In this document: positions 27,066 through 36,445 of the stretch, in pieces
Layout of the letters: each line of letters starts with the position of its first letter
Position numbering within the stretch: position 1 is the stretch's first letter
Virus record (IMG/VR): IMGVR_UViG_2600255073_000006
Source of the DNA: a virus
Length of the DNA: 64,000 bases
Direction: 5' to 3' (one strand)
The notes under the pieces: model-generated
Told to the model about the DNA's origin: nothing
Database searches by the model: none
What the model saw: only the letters and a program-made list of their open reading frames with translations
Position numbers and translations under genes: made by a program

Positions 27066-28589
27066 TTACTTTGCTTCCAAAATCCACTTAGCAATCCAAC
27101 GATCAAGCTCTTCCGGTGAGTTTTTAGCAAATAACTTTAACCAATGGGTTCGCTCATCAGTAGGTAATATTTGTGTTGCAAACAAAATGGCACGCTTTCC
27201 TTTCTCACCTACGTTGTATACGTCTTTTTTGATATCACGTACCCAAGACACATTCTTTGTTGTTACAGCTGCAATAGCTTGGTTTTCAATAAACTCACTA
27301 CCATGAATGTACTGTCTGAATTCACGGTCTTCTAGTAATAAACTATTGTGAGCGACATACCACTCTAACCAAAAGCGAACAATTTGGCTTTGAGCTGCAT
27401 CATTATTTATAACAGACTTAAGCTGTTTTTTGTGTACCTTTGTAAAACTCTCATTAGTAACTTCTTCGAAATACAAAACCACGTCGTTTATAACAGGCAC
27501 AAAAAACTCAAAATTATCTAATATCACAGATGCAATTGAGATATTTTTGCTTTTTTTAGCCTTTCTGATTAATGCCCGAGCTAAACCAAGATCTAAAGTA
27601 TCACGCTTCAGGAGCTGATCAGAGATTTCATTCAGTTGATGCTCTACTTTTTCGTCTTCGTCTTCAACTGGCACTTCGACGAAATCAACCTCACCTGAAT
27701 AGGGGTTTAAAACCTCTAAGGTTCTGAATATTTCCACTTTCTCTAGTTCATATTGATTGTGGAGTGTACCTTCTACATATTGTTCAGTTTCGAGTATCCT
27801 CGTTTTGTCTGTAGCTAGTGAAAGCCTGTGAGCTTCGTACAGATAAAGAGTTAACTCTTCAAGTACCTTCTCCAGCTCAAGCTTAGAGTCTGAGAAAATT
27901 CTAAAATCATCAACATACCTTGTATGTTCTACACCTTTTTCGAATATGAAACGATCTATATCTACTAATATTGCCTCTGACATTAAAATACTTGCCGCAG
28001 GTCCAACAGGAATACCTTGTGATGATTTATCATTTAAACTTGTAAGAAATGATTCAAGATCGTCTGCTTTATTTTTCAAGCTAGGGGCTGCAAGCTCAAG
28101 AGCATTATTTAATCTATGTAAATAAATTTGATTATAGAAGTCAGTAATGTCGGTTGTTAAAACATATTCGTAACTAGTGGATAACTTCTCTGTTCTTTCA
28201 GTAAAGTTCTTAAAACCGTTGTCTTTGGAAAAGAAACCACCTTCACTTAGCTCTATACGATATGAACAAGCTATTTTTTGTTTTTCTGGAGTTCGAGATA
28301 ATTCTATAGCTTCAGCAAATTCGTAAGCTAATGCTGTATAAATAATTGTATCCAATGGCTCTAACTGATGGACGATTCTATAACTGCCTTTCGGCTTCTT
28401 AGAAGCTAGGGATAAAGGATGTTTAACCCTCAACTTCGATATATTAGTAGAGCTTAGATGCTTTTTAACATCTTCCCAGTTATACCAAATAGCTTCAAAT
28501 TCAAACGTTTTTGGGAAAAAGTCTGAGTCGTAAAATGAGCTGATGTGTTTCTTTGCGAATTCCAATGATTCTTCTGTTAATTTACTCAC
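27066..28589 (-). CDS. Reverse transcriptase of the UG/Abi (DRT-like) group, subtype unassigned
   Basis: KPKGSYR, DITDFYNQIYLHRL, GIPVGPAAS, RYVDD, LATDKT, followed by a helical C-terminal domain; no retron NAxxH or VTG motif. Confidence 0.9.
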   Translation of the reverse strand: MSKLTEESLEFAKKHISSFYDSDFFPKTFEFEAIWYNWEDVKKHLSSTNISKLRVKHPLSLASKKPKGSYRIVHQLEPLDTIIYTALAYEFAEAIELSRTPEKQKIACSYRIELSEGGFFSKDNGFKNFTERTEKLSTSYEYVLTTDITDFYNQIYLHRLNNALELAAPSLKNKADDLESFLTSLNDKSSQGIPVGPAASILMSEAILVDIDRFIFEKGVEHTRYVDDFRIFSDSKLELEKVLEELTLYLYEAHRLSLATDKTRILETEQYVEGTLHNQYELEKVEIFRTLEVLNPYSGEVDFVEVPVEDEDEKVEHQLNEISDQLLKRDTLDLGLARALIRKAKKSKNISIASVILDNFEFFVPVINDVVLYFEEVTNESFTKVHKKQLKSVINNDAAQSQIVRFWLEWYVAHNSLLLEDREFRQYIHGSEFIENQAIAAVTTKNVSWVRDIKKDVYNVGEKGKRAILFATQILPTDERTHWLKLFAKNSPEELDRWIAKWILEAK

Positions 28590-28790
28590 TACCTAACCTT
28601 ATATTTATAATATATTATTAACTAAAAATTGAAATGTTTATTATTAAAAAATGGAGTCCAAGTGATAAAGTCCCCAATCATTACTACTACCCATAATTAT
28701 AGTTTTAAAATCTAATCCAAAATCGCATTTAAGTTGGGATTTAAAGTGTTAATTTCAAACTAAAAAAGTATTCTAACACCAAAAAAAATG

Positions 28791-29843
28791 TCATATAAAA
28801 GCTTCAACAAGCTCAATTTCCCCATAAATATCATGTTTAACTGACTTTATTTTTAAATGTGAAAGCTCTTTATTATTTTTCACAGCTTTGATGATTTTTT
28901 CTTTATGGACATTATCCAAATTATAACCAAAAAATAAAGTGTCGAACGCATCAAACGGAATTCTCTTTAGGCATACTTCAGGGTAATTGCCTAAATTTAA
29001 AAGTTTAACATTAAGACTGCTTATTTCTTCCGGCAGTTTTATTATTGGACCGAGCTTTTCATCACAAAGCTCAAGTGGCAAGACAATACGTGTTTCATCT
29101 TCATAAGCCCATTTATGTGCTTTTGAGAACATTAGTCGCTTCGTCAGCTCATCAATATCAACCCCGTTAGACAACATTTGAGTATAAGCTTCAATTGCAC
29201 TTGATTTTTCTGAAGTTTGATAACTTTCAACTGGTTCACCATTTATACGCCAATTACCTTCAAAATAGGTAATACATGCTCTATCTTCTGATTTATAAGT
29301 CACAGGAAGAGGTATGTGTTTAGTGAAGAATGGATGAGCTTCATTGAATGAAATCGCTATCCCTTTGCCCTCAGAAGCATAGTGTGTCCACATTAATTCA
29401 TTTGTCGCTGTATTACTTAGTGAAAGTACACCAATTTGGCTACTTAAAGCATCAAGGATAAGCGTGTTAACACTCGAAACCATACTTTTAAATTTATGTT
29501 CTTCAAAATCAGACACAGAATCAAAGTTTTTTTCTGTTAGAATCATGGTCGGAAAGCAGTCATCAAGCCTTATGCCTGATGGTCTCAAATGCATATTAAT
29601 CAATTCTTCATCCGAAGGGACATAATCAGGATCAGCCTGCCATTTGTCATGTTGCCGCTTTGCCCATTTTAGGTCTGATGGGGAAAACCGGTTGAAATAA
29701 GGAAGCAACTTTGATTCGCTACCTTTATCATTTAAATACTTTGGCTGAGTAAAACGAAATTTACCATTTATTAGAAATTGAAATCTTGGGATTAGACCAT
29801 TACCACTTTCATCATCAATCAAACCATAATATTTAACCAACAA
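28791..29843 (-). CDS. DUF2971-family protein
   Basis: FRFTQP..LND, LMWTHYA..GKGIAI.F and K...WAYEDE.R motifs. Confidence 0.75.
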   Translation of the reverse strand: MLVKYYGLIDDESGNGLIPRFQFLINGKFRFTQPKYLNDKGSESKLLPYFNRFSPSDLKWAKRQHDKWQADPDYVPSDEELINMHLRPSGIRLDDCFPTMILTEKNFDSVSDFEEHKFKSMVSSVNTLILDALSSQIGVLSLSNTATNELMWTHYASEGKGIAISFNEAHPFFTKHIPLPVTYKSEDRACITYFEGNWRINGEPVESYQTSEKSSAIEAYTQMLSNGVDIDELTKRLMFSKAHKWAYEDETRIVLPLELCDEKLGPIIKLPEEISSLNVKLLNLGNYPEVCLKRIPFDAFDTLFFGYNLDNVHKEKIIKAVKNNKELSHLKIKSVKHDIYGEIELVEAFI

Positions 29844-30066
29844 CTTACTTTTAACTCCTATTGTATAACCACTATTAGGTAGAGAAATTTTATATTTAAA
29901 GACAAAATTATACTCTTTAGATGGAGTACAAAGTATAAAAGCTACCGCCCTTTACTTCTCGGCCATAGTAACCAGCCATCAATTCCAACTCTCTATAAAT
30001 AAGAAAACAAAATACCATACTGTATTTGAGTTCACAAAAGGGATTATTTATCGTTTCGACAACTTT

Positions 30067-30297
30067 TTTCTATAGTAACTTTCCGTAAGGCTTGATCGTT
30101 ACAGACCACCTCACACAATACGCCACTTAATCTACATCTCGTTTCCTAAGGTCCTGTGTGATGTCACGCAAAGTGCTTTCTGTGAATAGTAAGTTTGATA
30201 ATCAGCATGGTAGGTTTGTTTCAGGTATTAAATTGAAGAGGAATAGGAACATGGAAAAAGTGCAAGATGAACTAGCTGAGATTGAACAGGAAATCGG
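30067..30297 (+). repeat. Direct repeat, copy A (partner 33693-33870)
   Basis: Shared TTTCTATAGT.ACTTTCCGTAAGG...GAGATTGAACAGGAAATCGG; copy A has about 53 extra bp. Confidence 0.9.
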
Positions 30298-30469
30298 CGA
30301 AAAACTACAAACTGCACAAGCTGCCCTTGAACAGGCAAAAGCTAATAAATCCCCGATGGTTCAAGTTGAAACTGATACCTTAGAGATACTATTTGAGCTC
30401 TATGCTCCCCACCAACAATACATTAACATCTATTCACCTGAGTACATTGCTCTTTTCAGTGATGATTAA
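30251..30469 (+). CDS. Hypothetical 72-aa coiled-coil protein; 5' part duplicated at 33824
   Basis: AGGA RBS and ATG at 30251. Confidence 0.55.
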   Translation: MEKVQDELAEIEQEIGEKLQTAQAALEQAKANKSPMVQVETDTLEILFELYAPHQQYINIYSPEYIALFSDD

Positions 30470-30740
30470 TGGGCGTGTAACCCCTTGGATTTTTGAACAT
30501 AAAGACAAATTTTTGTGGACTCCCCTTTTGAAAGGCTTCCACACTCAAGTTGTCGGTAGTATGTCTATTCTATCTTACTACGGTATCGATAGGTTTGACG
30601 CAAAAAAGTAGGCTTTATGTGAATGGTTCTTGGACATGAATCAGTTTCAGAAACTCGAACATTAGCAGTTCATGAATAACTACAGGTATGAAAAGTAGCT
30701 TAACTTGAAGTCCATAGTTGATAGTGCAGATCACTAAAAT

Positions 30741-30793
30741 CGATACAAACTGAAAATGCCAAGCGTTGAGAATCACTCTTAAACGTCATGTTG
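30741..30793 (+). repeat. Right half of a Vibrio superintegron attC-like repeat
   Basis: AAAATGCCAAGCGTTGAGAATCACTCTTAAACG...GTT resembles the recalled 3' half of Vibrio cassette repeats; left arm not found. Confidence 0.45.
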
Positions 30794-30864
30794 AAAACTT
30801 TTACGATGCTTGTGACACACTGAGTGTCAATGTATCATAAACACTAGTTGCATAGGAGCATACA

Positions 30865-32229
30865 ATGAAAATACTAAGTGTAAAAACTCAAGATTTGCAT
30901 AAATATATTTCGAAAAAAATAAGATTTAATCACGAACTAAGCATTATAACAGGTGTAAACGGAAGTGGTAAAACCAGCATATTATGTTTAATTGAGTCAG
31001 TACTAAAATTAGATATAAAAAAAATTAATGAGACATCATTTAAGACATTTGAACTTTTAATAAATGTAGGAGAAAAAGATTATAAAATACTAATTGAAAA
31101 ATTAGAACCTGAAGCTGAAGCCAGCTTAGACTTTTATGTTAACGACTTTAAAATTTCAGTGAAAAACACTGGAAAAAATAACATATTTGGCAATAAAAAA
31201 TCCACAATAGTTAATGATTTCATTGATAGATACAATATGGAAGTTATGAATGACAATTCAGACTTCAATATATTCTCAAATATTAACGCACCAATGTTAA
31301 TAGGATTAAACAGAAGAATATCAAACAAAAAAAAGGATTTACTATCTAAAGATGACTTATTTGGAAGCTATAATATTAAAATGTTTGATGAAAAGATCGA
31401 GAGAGAAATAGACAGCTTTGATGTTGCTCTTAACGATTGCAAGAGACTAGTTAATAATGAATTTAAGAGAATTAAGAAATACGAAAACGCTCAACTAAAT
31501 ACTTTAAGAAATAACATAATAACTTCATCTTTTACATACATTGATAACTATGATGGAATCATAGATAGTCAATCGATGATTGAATCTCGCTTTCTAGAAG
31601 TAAAAGAAAGGAAAAACGAAATACTAGATGTCCTTAATAATATAGAAATAAAAGGTCATGAACTTAGCACTATGAGTTCATCTTTCTTTGAGAAACTCGA
31701 TGGACTTTACGACAAAGCTTTTTCAAAAAACAAAGATCGAGAAGAAATGAAGTTTACACTTGAGTACTTACTCAACATAACCCAAGTGGAACGAATTTAT
31801 AACCTCGTGAAAATAATAGACAAGCATAAATCCAACCTTGACGAAAAGAGAAAAAAAATTGATCTTTTTGAAAAGGTAGTAAATTACTTTTTTGATGAAA
31901 CCGAAAAAAAAATAGTTATAAACTCAATAGGTAATATTTACGCAAGCATTAAAAATAGCTCACATAAAGTAGAAATAGATGAACTCTCTTCTGGTGAAAA
32001 GCAACTAGTCATCATAATAGCCAACATGGTATTCTCGAGAAAGAACGATATTAACAGTATTATTATAGATGAACCAGAAATATCCCTACACATAAAGTGG
32101 CAGGATATGTTTATCTCTGCATTGAGAGAGATAAATAGTAATATTCAATTAATTTTGGCAACACACTCTCCTGATATCATTGGCGAATATGATGATTATT
32201 GCACTCCGATCGAGAGGTGGGGGATATAA
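30865..32229 (+). CDS. ariA: ABC/AAA_21-type ATPase, PARIS AriA-like
   Basis: Walker A GVNGSGKT, signature LSSGEKQ, Walker B IIIDEPEISLH, H-loop ATHSP. Confidence 0.75.
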   Translation: MKILSVKTQDLHKYISKKIRFNHELSIITGVNGSGKTSILCLIESVLKLDIKKINETSFKTFELLINVGEKDYKILIEKLEPEAEASLDFYVNDFKISVKNTGKNNIFGNKKSTIVNDFIDRYNMEVMNDNSDFNIFSNINAPMLIGLNRRISNKKKDLLSKDDLFGSYNIKMFDEKIEREIDSFDVALNDCKRLVNNEFKRIKKYENAQLNTLRNNIITSSFTYIDNYDGIIDSQSMIESRFLEVKERKNEILDVLNNIEIKGHELSTMSSSFFEKLDGLYDKAFSKNKDREEMKFTLEYLLNITQVERIYNLVKIIDKHKSNLDEKRKKIDLFEKVVNYFFDETEKKIVINSIGNIYASIKNSSHKVEIDELSSGEKQLVIIIANMVFSRKNDINSIIIDEPEISLHIKWQDMFISALREINSNIQLILATHSPDIIGEYDDYCTPIERWGI

Positions 32230-32230
32230 G

Positions 32231-33094
32231 ATGACTTTGCAGAGGAAAGATGCAGCTAAGTTTTCTAAATCAAAACTATTGGATACATACAATGATATTG
32301 ATATTTATATAGAAGATACTGCAAAAAATTACGACAAACTATATGTGAATATTTTCAAGAGAATATTTAATGATCAATACAAGATTGACAATGTATATCC
32401 TATTGGCTCTAGAGGTAACGTCATAAAAAAATGTAACGAGAAAAAAGGCAATATTAAAAAACCAACTCTATTTGTTGTTGATGGTGACCTTTACATATTA
32501 AAAGGGGAAAATGAACTTCCTCGTGGTGTCTTTCGTTTACCTTATTATTGTGTCGAAAACCTTCTACTTGATGTCAACGCAATTATTAATTACATTAATG
32601 AAGAGCATACAAGTTTACGTGAAGAGGACATCGTTAGTGAATTCTCTTACGACGAATGGAAATCAGTTTGTGAGTATCCACTTGTTGAATTGTTTATCAG
32701 GTATGCAATGATTCAAAAGTTAAACATTCCCAGTGTACCTAATGTTTCAATTCCTATTAAAGATTTCCTTGATGATAAGTATAATTCAACAATCGACCCA
32801 GAAAAAGTAAAGTATAAAATTTCGGAACTCAATGACGTGATAATAAATTCTAAAGGGCAAGAAATATTTACTGAAACATACCAAGAAATACTTGAAAGAA
32901 TGGAATCTTCGTTATGTAAGTTGACAACGCATGTATCGGGAAAAGATTACCTCTACCCTATGATTCACAGTAAGGTATCTACGATTTTGAATAAGAGTGT
33001 ATCACATATGAACTTCAAGCAAAGACTTGCTTTGAACTGCGACATATCTCAAGTAATAGATTGTCGAAACTCTGTTATTACACCTAGCATCTAG
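32231..33094 (+). CDS. ariB: DUF4435/TOPRIM protein, PARIS AriB-like
   Basis: IYIED, VDGD and VENLL TOPRIM motifs; ATG 1 nt after the ATPase stop. Confidence 0.75.
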   Translation: MTLQRKDAAKFSKSKLLDTYNDIDIYIEDTAKNYDKLYVNIFKRIFNDQYKIDNVYPIGSRGNVIKKCNEKKGNIKKPTLFVVDGDLYILKGENELPRGVFRLPYYCVENLLLDVNAIINYINEEHTSLREEDIVSEFSYDEWKSVCEYPLVELFIRYAMIQKLNIPSVPNVSIPIKDFLDDKYNSTIDPEKVKYKISELNDVIINSKGQEIFTETYQEILERMESSLCKLTTHVSGKDYLYPMIHSKVSTILNKSVSHMNFKQRLALNCDISQVIDCRNSVITPSI

Positions 33095-33111
33095 ATTTAA
33101 ATTAACTTTAG

Positions 33112-33142
33112 TTGCGCTGGATTTTATAACTAGCGCAATTTT
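33112..33142 (+). terminator. Terminator after the PARIS-like pair
   Basis: TTGCGCTGG-loop-CTAGCGCAA-TTTT. Confidence 0.6.
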
Positions 33143-33383
33143 CTAAAGCTTCAAAAAATCCGTAAGTTAGTTGTGGTATTGAGAAGTTGAAACGTCTCTT
33201 GATGCATAATCTCGGCATATACTGAATTTGGATAACTTTTAGTATGACAAACGCACATTAACAGGTTTTGAATGAGTAAAAGTACTAACTGGAAAAGGGC
33301 AAACACTACCGTCCTCTAAACCTCGGCTAAAATAACATGCCATCTATACCAACTCTCCCACAAAAAACAACATACCTCACCGT

Positions 33384-33692
33384 ATGATTTTAAATAGTTT
33401 ATTACAGTTTCGGCAACCTGTTTCTATGGTCACTTTTTATTTGAAAAATGATGCTATGGGGGTTATTGAATTAGGTCTAACTGGTAGCCTTCTCCCATTT
33501 GTCATTGTTTTTCTACTTTGTGGAGGTACATTTGAAGGGTTAGGCTTTAAAATTGAGACAAATGAACTAGTCGATACAACAATTAAAATTAAAAAAGAAT
33601 TCTATTCAAATGAAGAAGATAAACTGCTCGAAAAAATTGTAAAAATACTGGAAGAGACCAACCCTGAAAGTCCTATTCTTAAAGAATTATAA
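33384..33692 (+). CDS. Hypothetical membrane protein, possibly a fragment
   Basis: One hydrophobic segment; no clear RBS. Confidence 0.4.
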   Translation: MILNSLLQFRQPVSMVTFYLKNDAMGVIELGLTGSLLPFVIVFLLCGGTFEGLGFKIETNELVDTTIKIKKEFYSNEEDKLLEKIVKILEETNPESPILKEL

Positions 33693-33870
33693 TTTCTATA
33701 GTCACTTTCCGTAAGGTTTGATCGATACAGACCACCTCACGCAAAGCTTTTTCTGTGAATAGTAATTTTGGTAATCAAAATGGTAGGTTTGTTTCAGGCA
33801 ATGAATTGAAAAGGAGTAGGAAAATGGAACAAATACGCCATGAGCTAGCTGAGATTGAACAGGAAATCGG
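33693..33870 (+). repeat. Direct repeat, copy B (partner 30067-30297)
   Basis: See copy A; contains a truncated copy of the 72-aa ORF. Confidence 0.9.
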
Positions 33871-34342
33871 AGCAAAGCGACACAATGCTTCAACAAAAAA
33901 GAAGCCCAGCGCATTCAAGGTAACGCCGGGCAAAGTCGTATTGCAAATAGGTTGAAAGTCGTATGAGTAGTGCAAGCTAAAACTACCGAGAAAAAGCTTA
34001 CACAAACAGACTAGCTCGCTTTCTCAGATTCGTTATTAAAATACCAAACAGAATAGTATTTATGTGTGCTACATCACAACTCTTATTCGGTTTTCCTTTT
34101 GCGTAGCCTCTAAGGCCCTCCCAACCTCAATACTCCCCCTATTCACTCTATCTCCGACGTTCGTGAACCTTATTCTTGTTACATTTTGTTACAGAGTATT
34201 TTATTACTGGTCGTATTTTGGATAAAAGCGGCAAAGTCATCGAATTAAAACGCACTTATTGATATAGATTTTAGTAGTCGTAGTTATCAATATGCACCTC
34301 CTTTAATAACAGGTTGAAGGGGCGGCTTTTTTCAATCAAGGA

Positions 34343-35926
34343 ATGAATATGCTGAAAATATCTATAATCGGTGGTCTCACCGCCATAACTTTAACTTATG
34401 CAAATGCTGGTTTCACTCAACATTTCGATGGAACTAAGGAAGATAAGGCGCCTCTACTGTTAGCACCTGCGAGCAGCGGGATCCCTGGACAGTACATTGT
34501 TTCTCTCAAGCTGCCAGGTGTCATAGAAAGTAACTCCATTGAGCTAAAACAGTTCACTCATCAAGTCATTAATGATGTCGCCCAAGATTTATCCATCAAT
34601 ATAGAGCAAATTTTTGACCATTCCATGGGGGGATTTGTTGCCAGATTAGACACTCATCAGCTTAATGTACTTCGTATGGACCCACGTATTGACTTTATTG
34701 AACAGGATAAAGTCATCGAATTGGGGCCAATTTTGTCGCCTTCTCTCCTTCAAGACGACGCAGTTTGGGGGCTCGACCGCATCGATCAGCGTGATTTGCC
34801 GTTAGATAGCCAATATACAACCCAGTATGATGGAACGGGTGTGACCGCTTACGTCATTGATACCGGCATTAACAATGAACATGAAGAATTCAGTGGCCGT
34901 TCCATTTCAGGTTATGATGCAGTGGATAAGGATAATGATACTTCTGACTGTCACGGCCATGGAACCCATGTAGCAGGTACGATTGGTGGCGCACAATACG
35001 GCGTGGCAAAAAACATTCAGCTGGTTGGGGTCAGAGTCTTAAGTTGTAGTGGCTCAGGTTCCACCTCCGGAGTGATAGCTGGCGTGGATTGGGTGACAGG
35101 ACACGCAAGCGGACCATCGGTGGCCAATATGAGTCTCGGTGGTGGAAAATCTCTGGCTTTGGATAATGCCGTAGAGAAATCTATTGAGTCTGGGATTAGT
35201 TACATGCTCGCTGCGGGTAATGAAAATGCAGACGCCTGTAATGGCTCTCCAGCACGTGTCGAGCCAGGCGTTACGGTTGGGTCAACGACCCGAAATGACT
35301 CACGCTCAAGCTTTTCTAACTGGGGTTCATGTGTTGATATGTTTGCACCGGGCTCTGGCATTAAATCGGCTTGGTTCGATGGCGGTTATAGGACGATTAG
35401 TGGCACCTCAATGGCAACACCTCATGTAGCAGGTGTAGCAGCATTGTATTTACAAGAAGATGAGACCCTTTTACCAGCACAAGTCTCGGAGCGATTGATC
35501 GCTCGCGCCAGTGACAACAAAGTTTCAGATAACCGTAATACGGCTAATAAATTACTCTACAGCTTATCTGATGACGCTTGTAAGGTTGATTGTAACAAGC
35601 CTACCCCGACCCCTTCTCCAGACCAGCAATTACTGTCCGGTGTACCCATTCACAATCTGAGTGCTCCGAAAGGTGAGCAGCAGTTTTTCTATGTTGATTT
35701 AGTAAAAGGCACCACCTTAAATGTGTTGATGATCGGCGGCAACGGCGATGCAGATATGTACCTAAAATTTGGGGATAAGCCGACAAAACAGACTTGGGAC
35801 TGCCGCCCCTATAAACTAGGAAATCGAGAAACTTGCACAATAAATAATTCAGAAACAGGGCGTTACCACATTATGCTGAATGCCTATTCAGATTACTCTG
35901 GGGTATCACTGCAAGCGGATTTCTAG
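34343..35926 (+). CDS. Secreted subtilisin-family (S8, proteinase K/aqualysin-like) serine protease
   Basis: Signal peptide, I9 propeptide, triad motifs VIDTG, HGHGTHVAG and GTSMATPHVAG, C-terminal PPC domain. Confidence 0.95.
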   Translation: MNMLKISIIGGLTAITLTYANAGFTQHFDGTKEDKAPLLLAPASSGIPGQYIVSLKLPGVIESNSIELKQFTHQVINDVAQDLSINIEQIFDHSMGGFVARLDTHQLNVLRMDPRIDFIEQDKVIELGPILSPSLLQDDAVWGLDRIDQRDLPLDSQYTTQYDGTGVTAYVIDTGINNEHEEFSGRSISGYDAVDKDNDTSDCHGHGTHVAGTIGGAQYGVAKNIQLVGVRVLSCSGSGSTSGVIAGVDWVTGHASGPSVANMSLGGGKSLALDNAVEKSIESGISYMLAAGNENADACNGSPARVEPGVTVGSTTRNDSRSSFSNWGSCVDMFAPGSGIKSAWFDGGYRTISGTSMATPHVAGVAALYLQEDETLLPAQVSERLIARASDNKVSDNRNTANKLLYSLSDDACKVDCNKPTPTPSPDQQLLSGVPIHNLSAPKGEQQFFYVDLVKGTTLNVLMIGGNGDADMYLKFGDKPTKQTWDCRPYKLGNRETCTINNSETGRYHIMLNAYSDYSGVSLQADF

Positions 35927-35944
35927 TCTAAAGCGTCTTGCTCT

Positions 35945-35968
35945 GGCCGTCGTTTTGAAGCGACGGCC
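35945..35968. terminator. Stem-loop after the protease gene
   Basis: GGCCGTCG-TTTTGAAG-CGACGGCC. Confidence 0.55.
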
Positions 35969-36095
35969 ACATCAAAATATTTTCATCTATCATTCATAGA
36001 CTTGTTAATTTGCAACAAAAATTATGCGCTACATCACGCTCGTTTAACAACAGGTCGTCTATTTTTCTAATGATTTTATTGACCGAGGTAAGAAC

Positions 36096-36335
36096 ATGGA
36101 AGAAGTCTTTGCCCCCCCATTGTTGTATATTGAAGAGCTAGAATTATTGGAAGTCTCTTTGACAGAGCTCATAGACATTTATCATAGTAATCAGTCACAC
36201 TCTGACATCCATCTCTATTGCGATTTCAATCACCAGCAATTGATGCATGAGCACAGGAGGTTACTGAATGAGAAAGGGGTTCATTCAGTCAGTTTTAGAG
36301 ATGGCTACACACTTTACCCCCCCTTTTATGACTAG
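36096..36335 (+). CDS. Hypothetical 79-aa protein
   Basis: GAGG RBS before the ATG. Confidence 0.55.
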   Translation: MEEVFAPPLLYIEELELLEVSLTELIDIYHSNQSHSDIHLYCDFNHQQLMHEHRRLLNEKGVHSVSFRDGYTLYPPFYD

Positions 36336-36445
36336 TTATTAAACGAATATCCTAGGACGATTGCAGCAAAGTGGCTTTTAGCTCATATGGCTATTGATTT
36401 ATGCTTCATTCAAATGTGTCTCCTAGGATACAAGCTCGTCTTTCG

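Noticed and set aside
10822-28589. Diversity-generating retroelement targeting the tail fibre
   Set aside because: No template/variable repeat pair differing at adenines and no avd-like gene were seen, and the RT motifs are not DGR-like.
27066-28790. Retron
   Set aside because: The RT lacks the NAxxH and VTG signatures and has a long helical C-terminal domain. No a1/a2 inverted repeats enclosing an msr-msd were found.
34343-35926. Phage maturation protease
   Set aside because: It has a signal peptide, I9 propeptide and PPC domain of an exoprotease, and the capsid already carries a fused ClpP domain.
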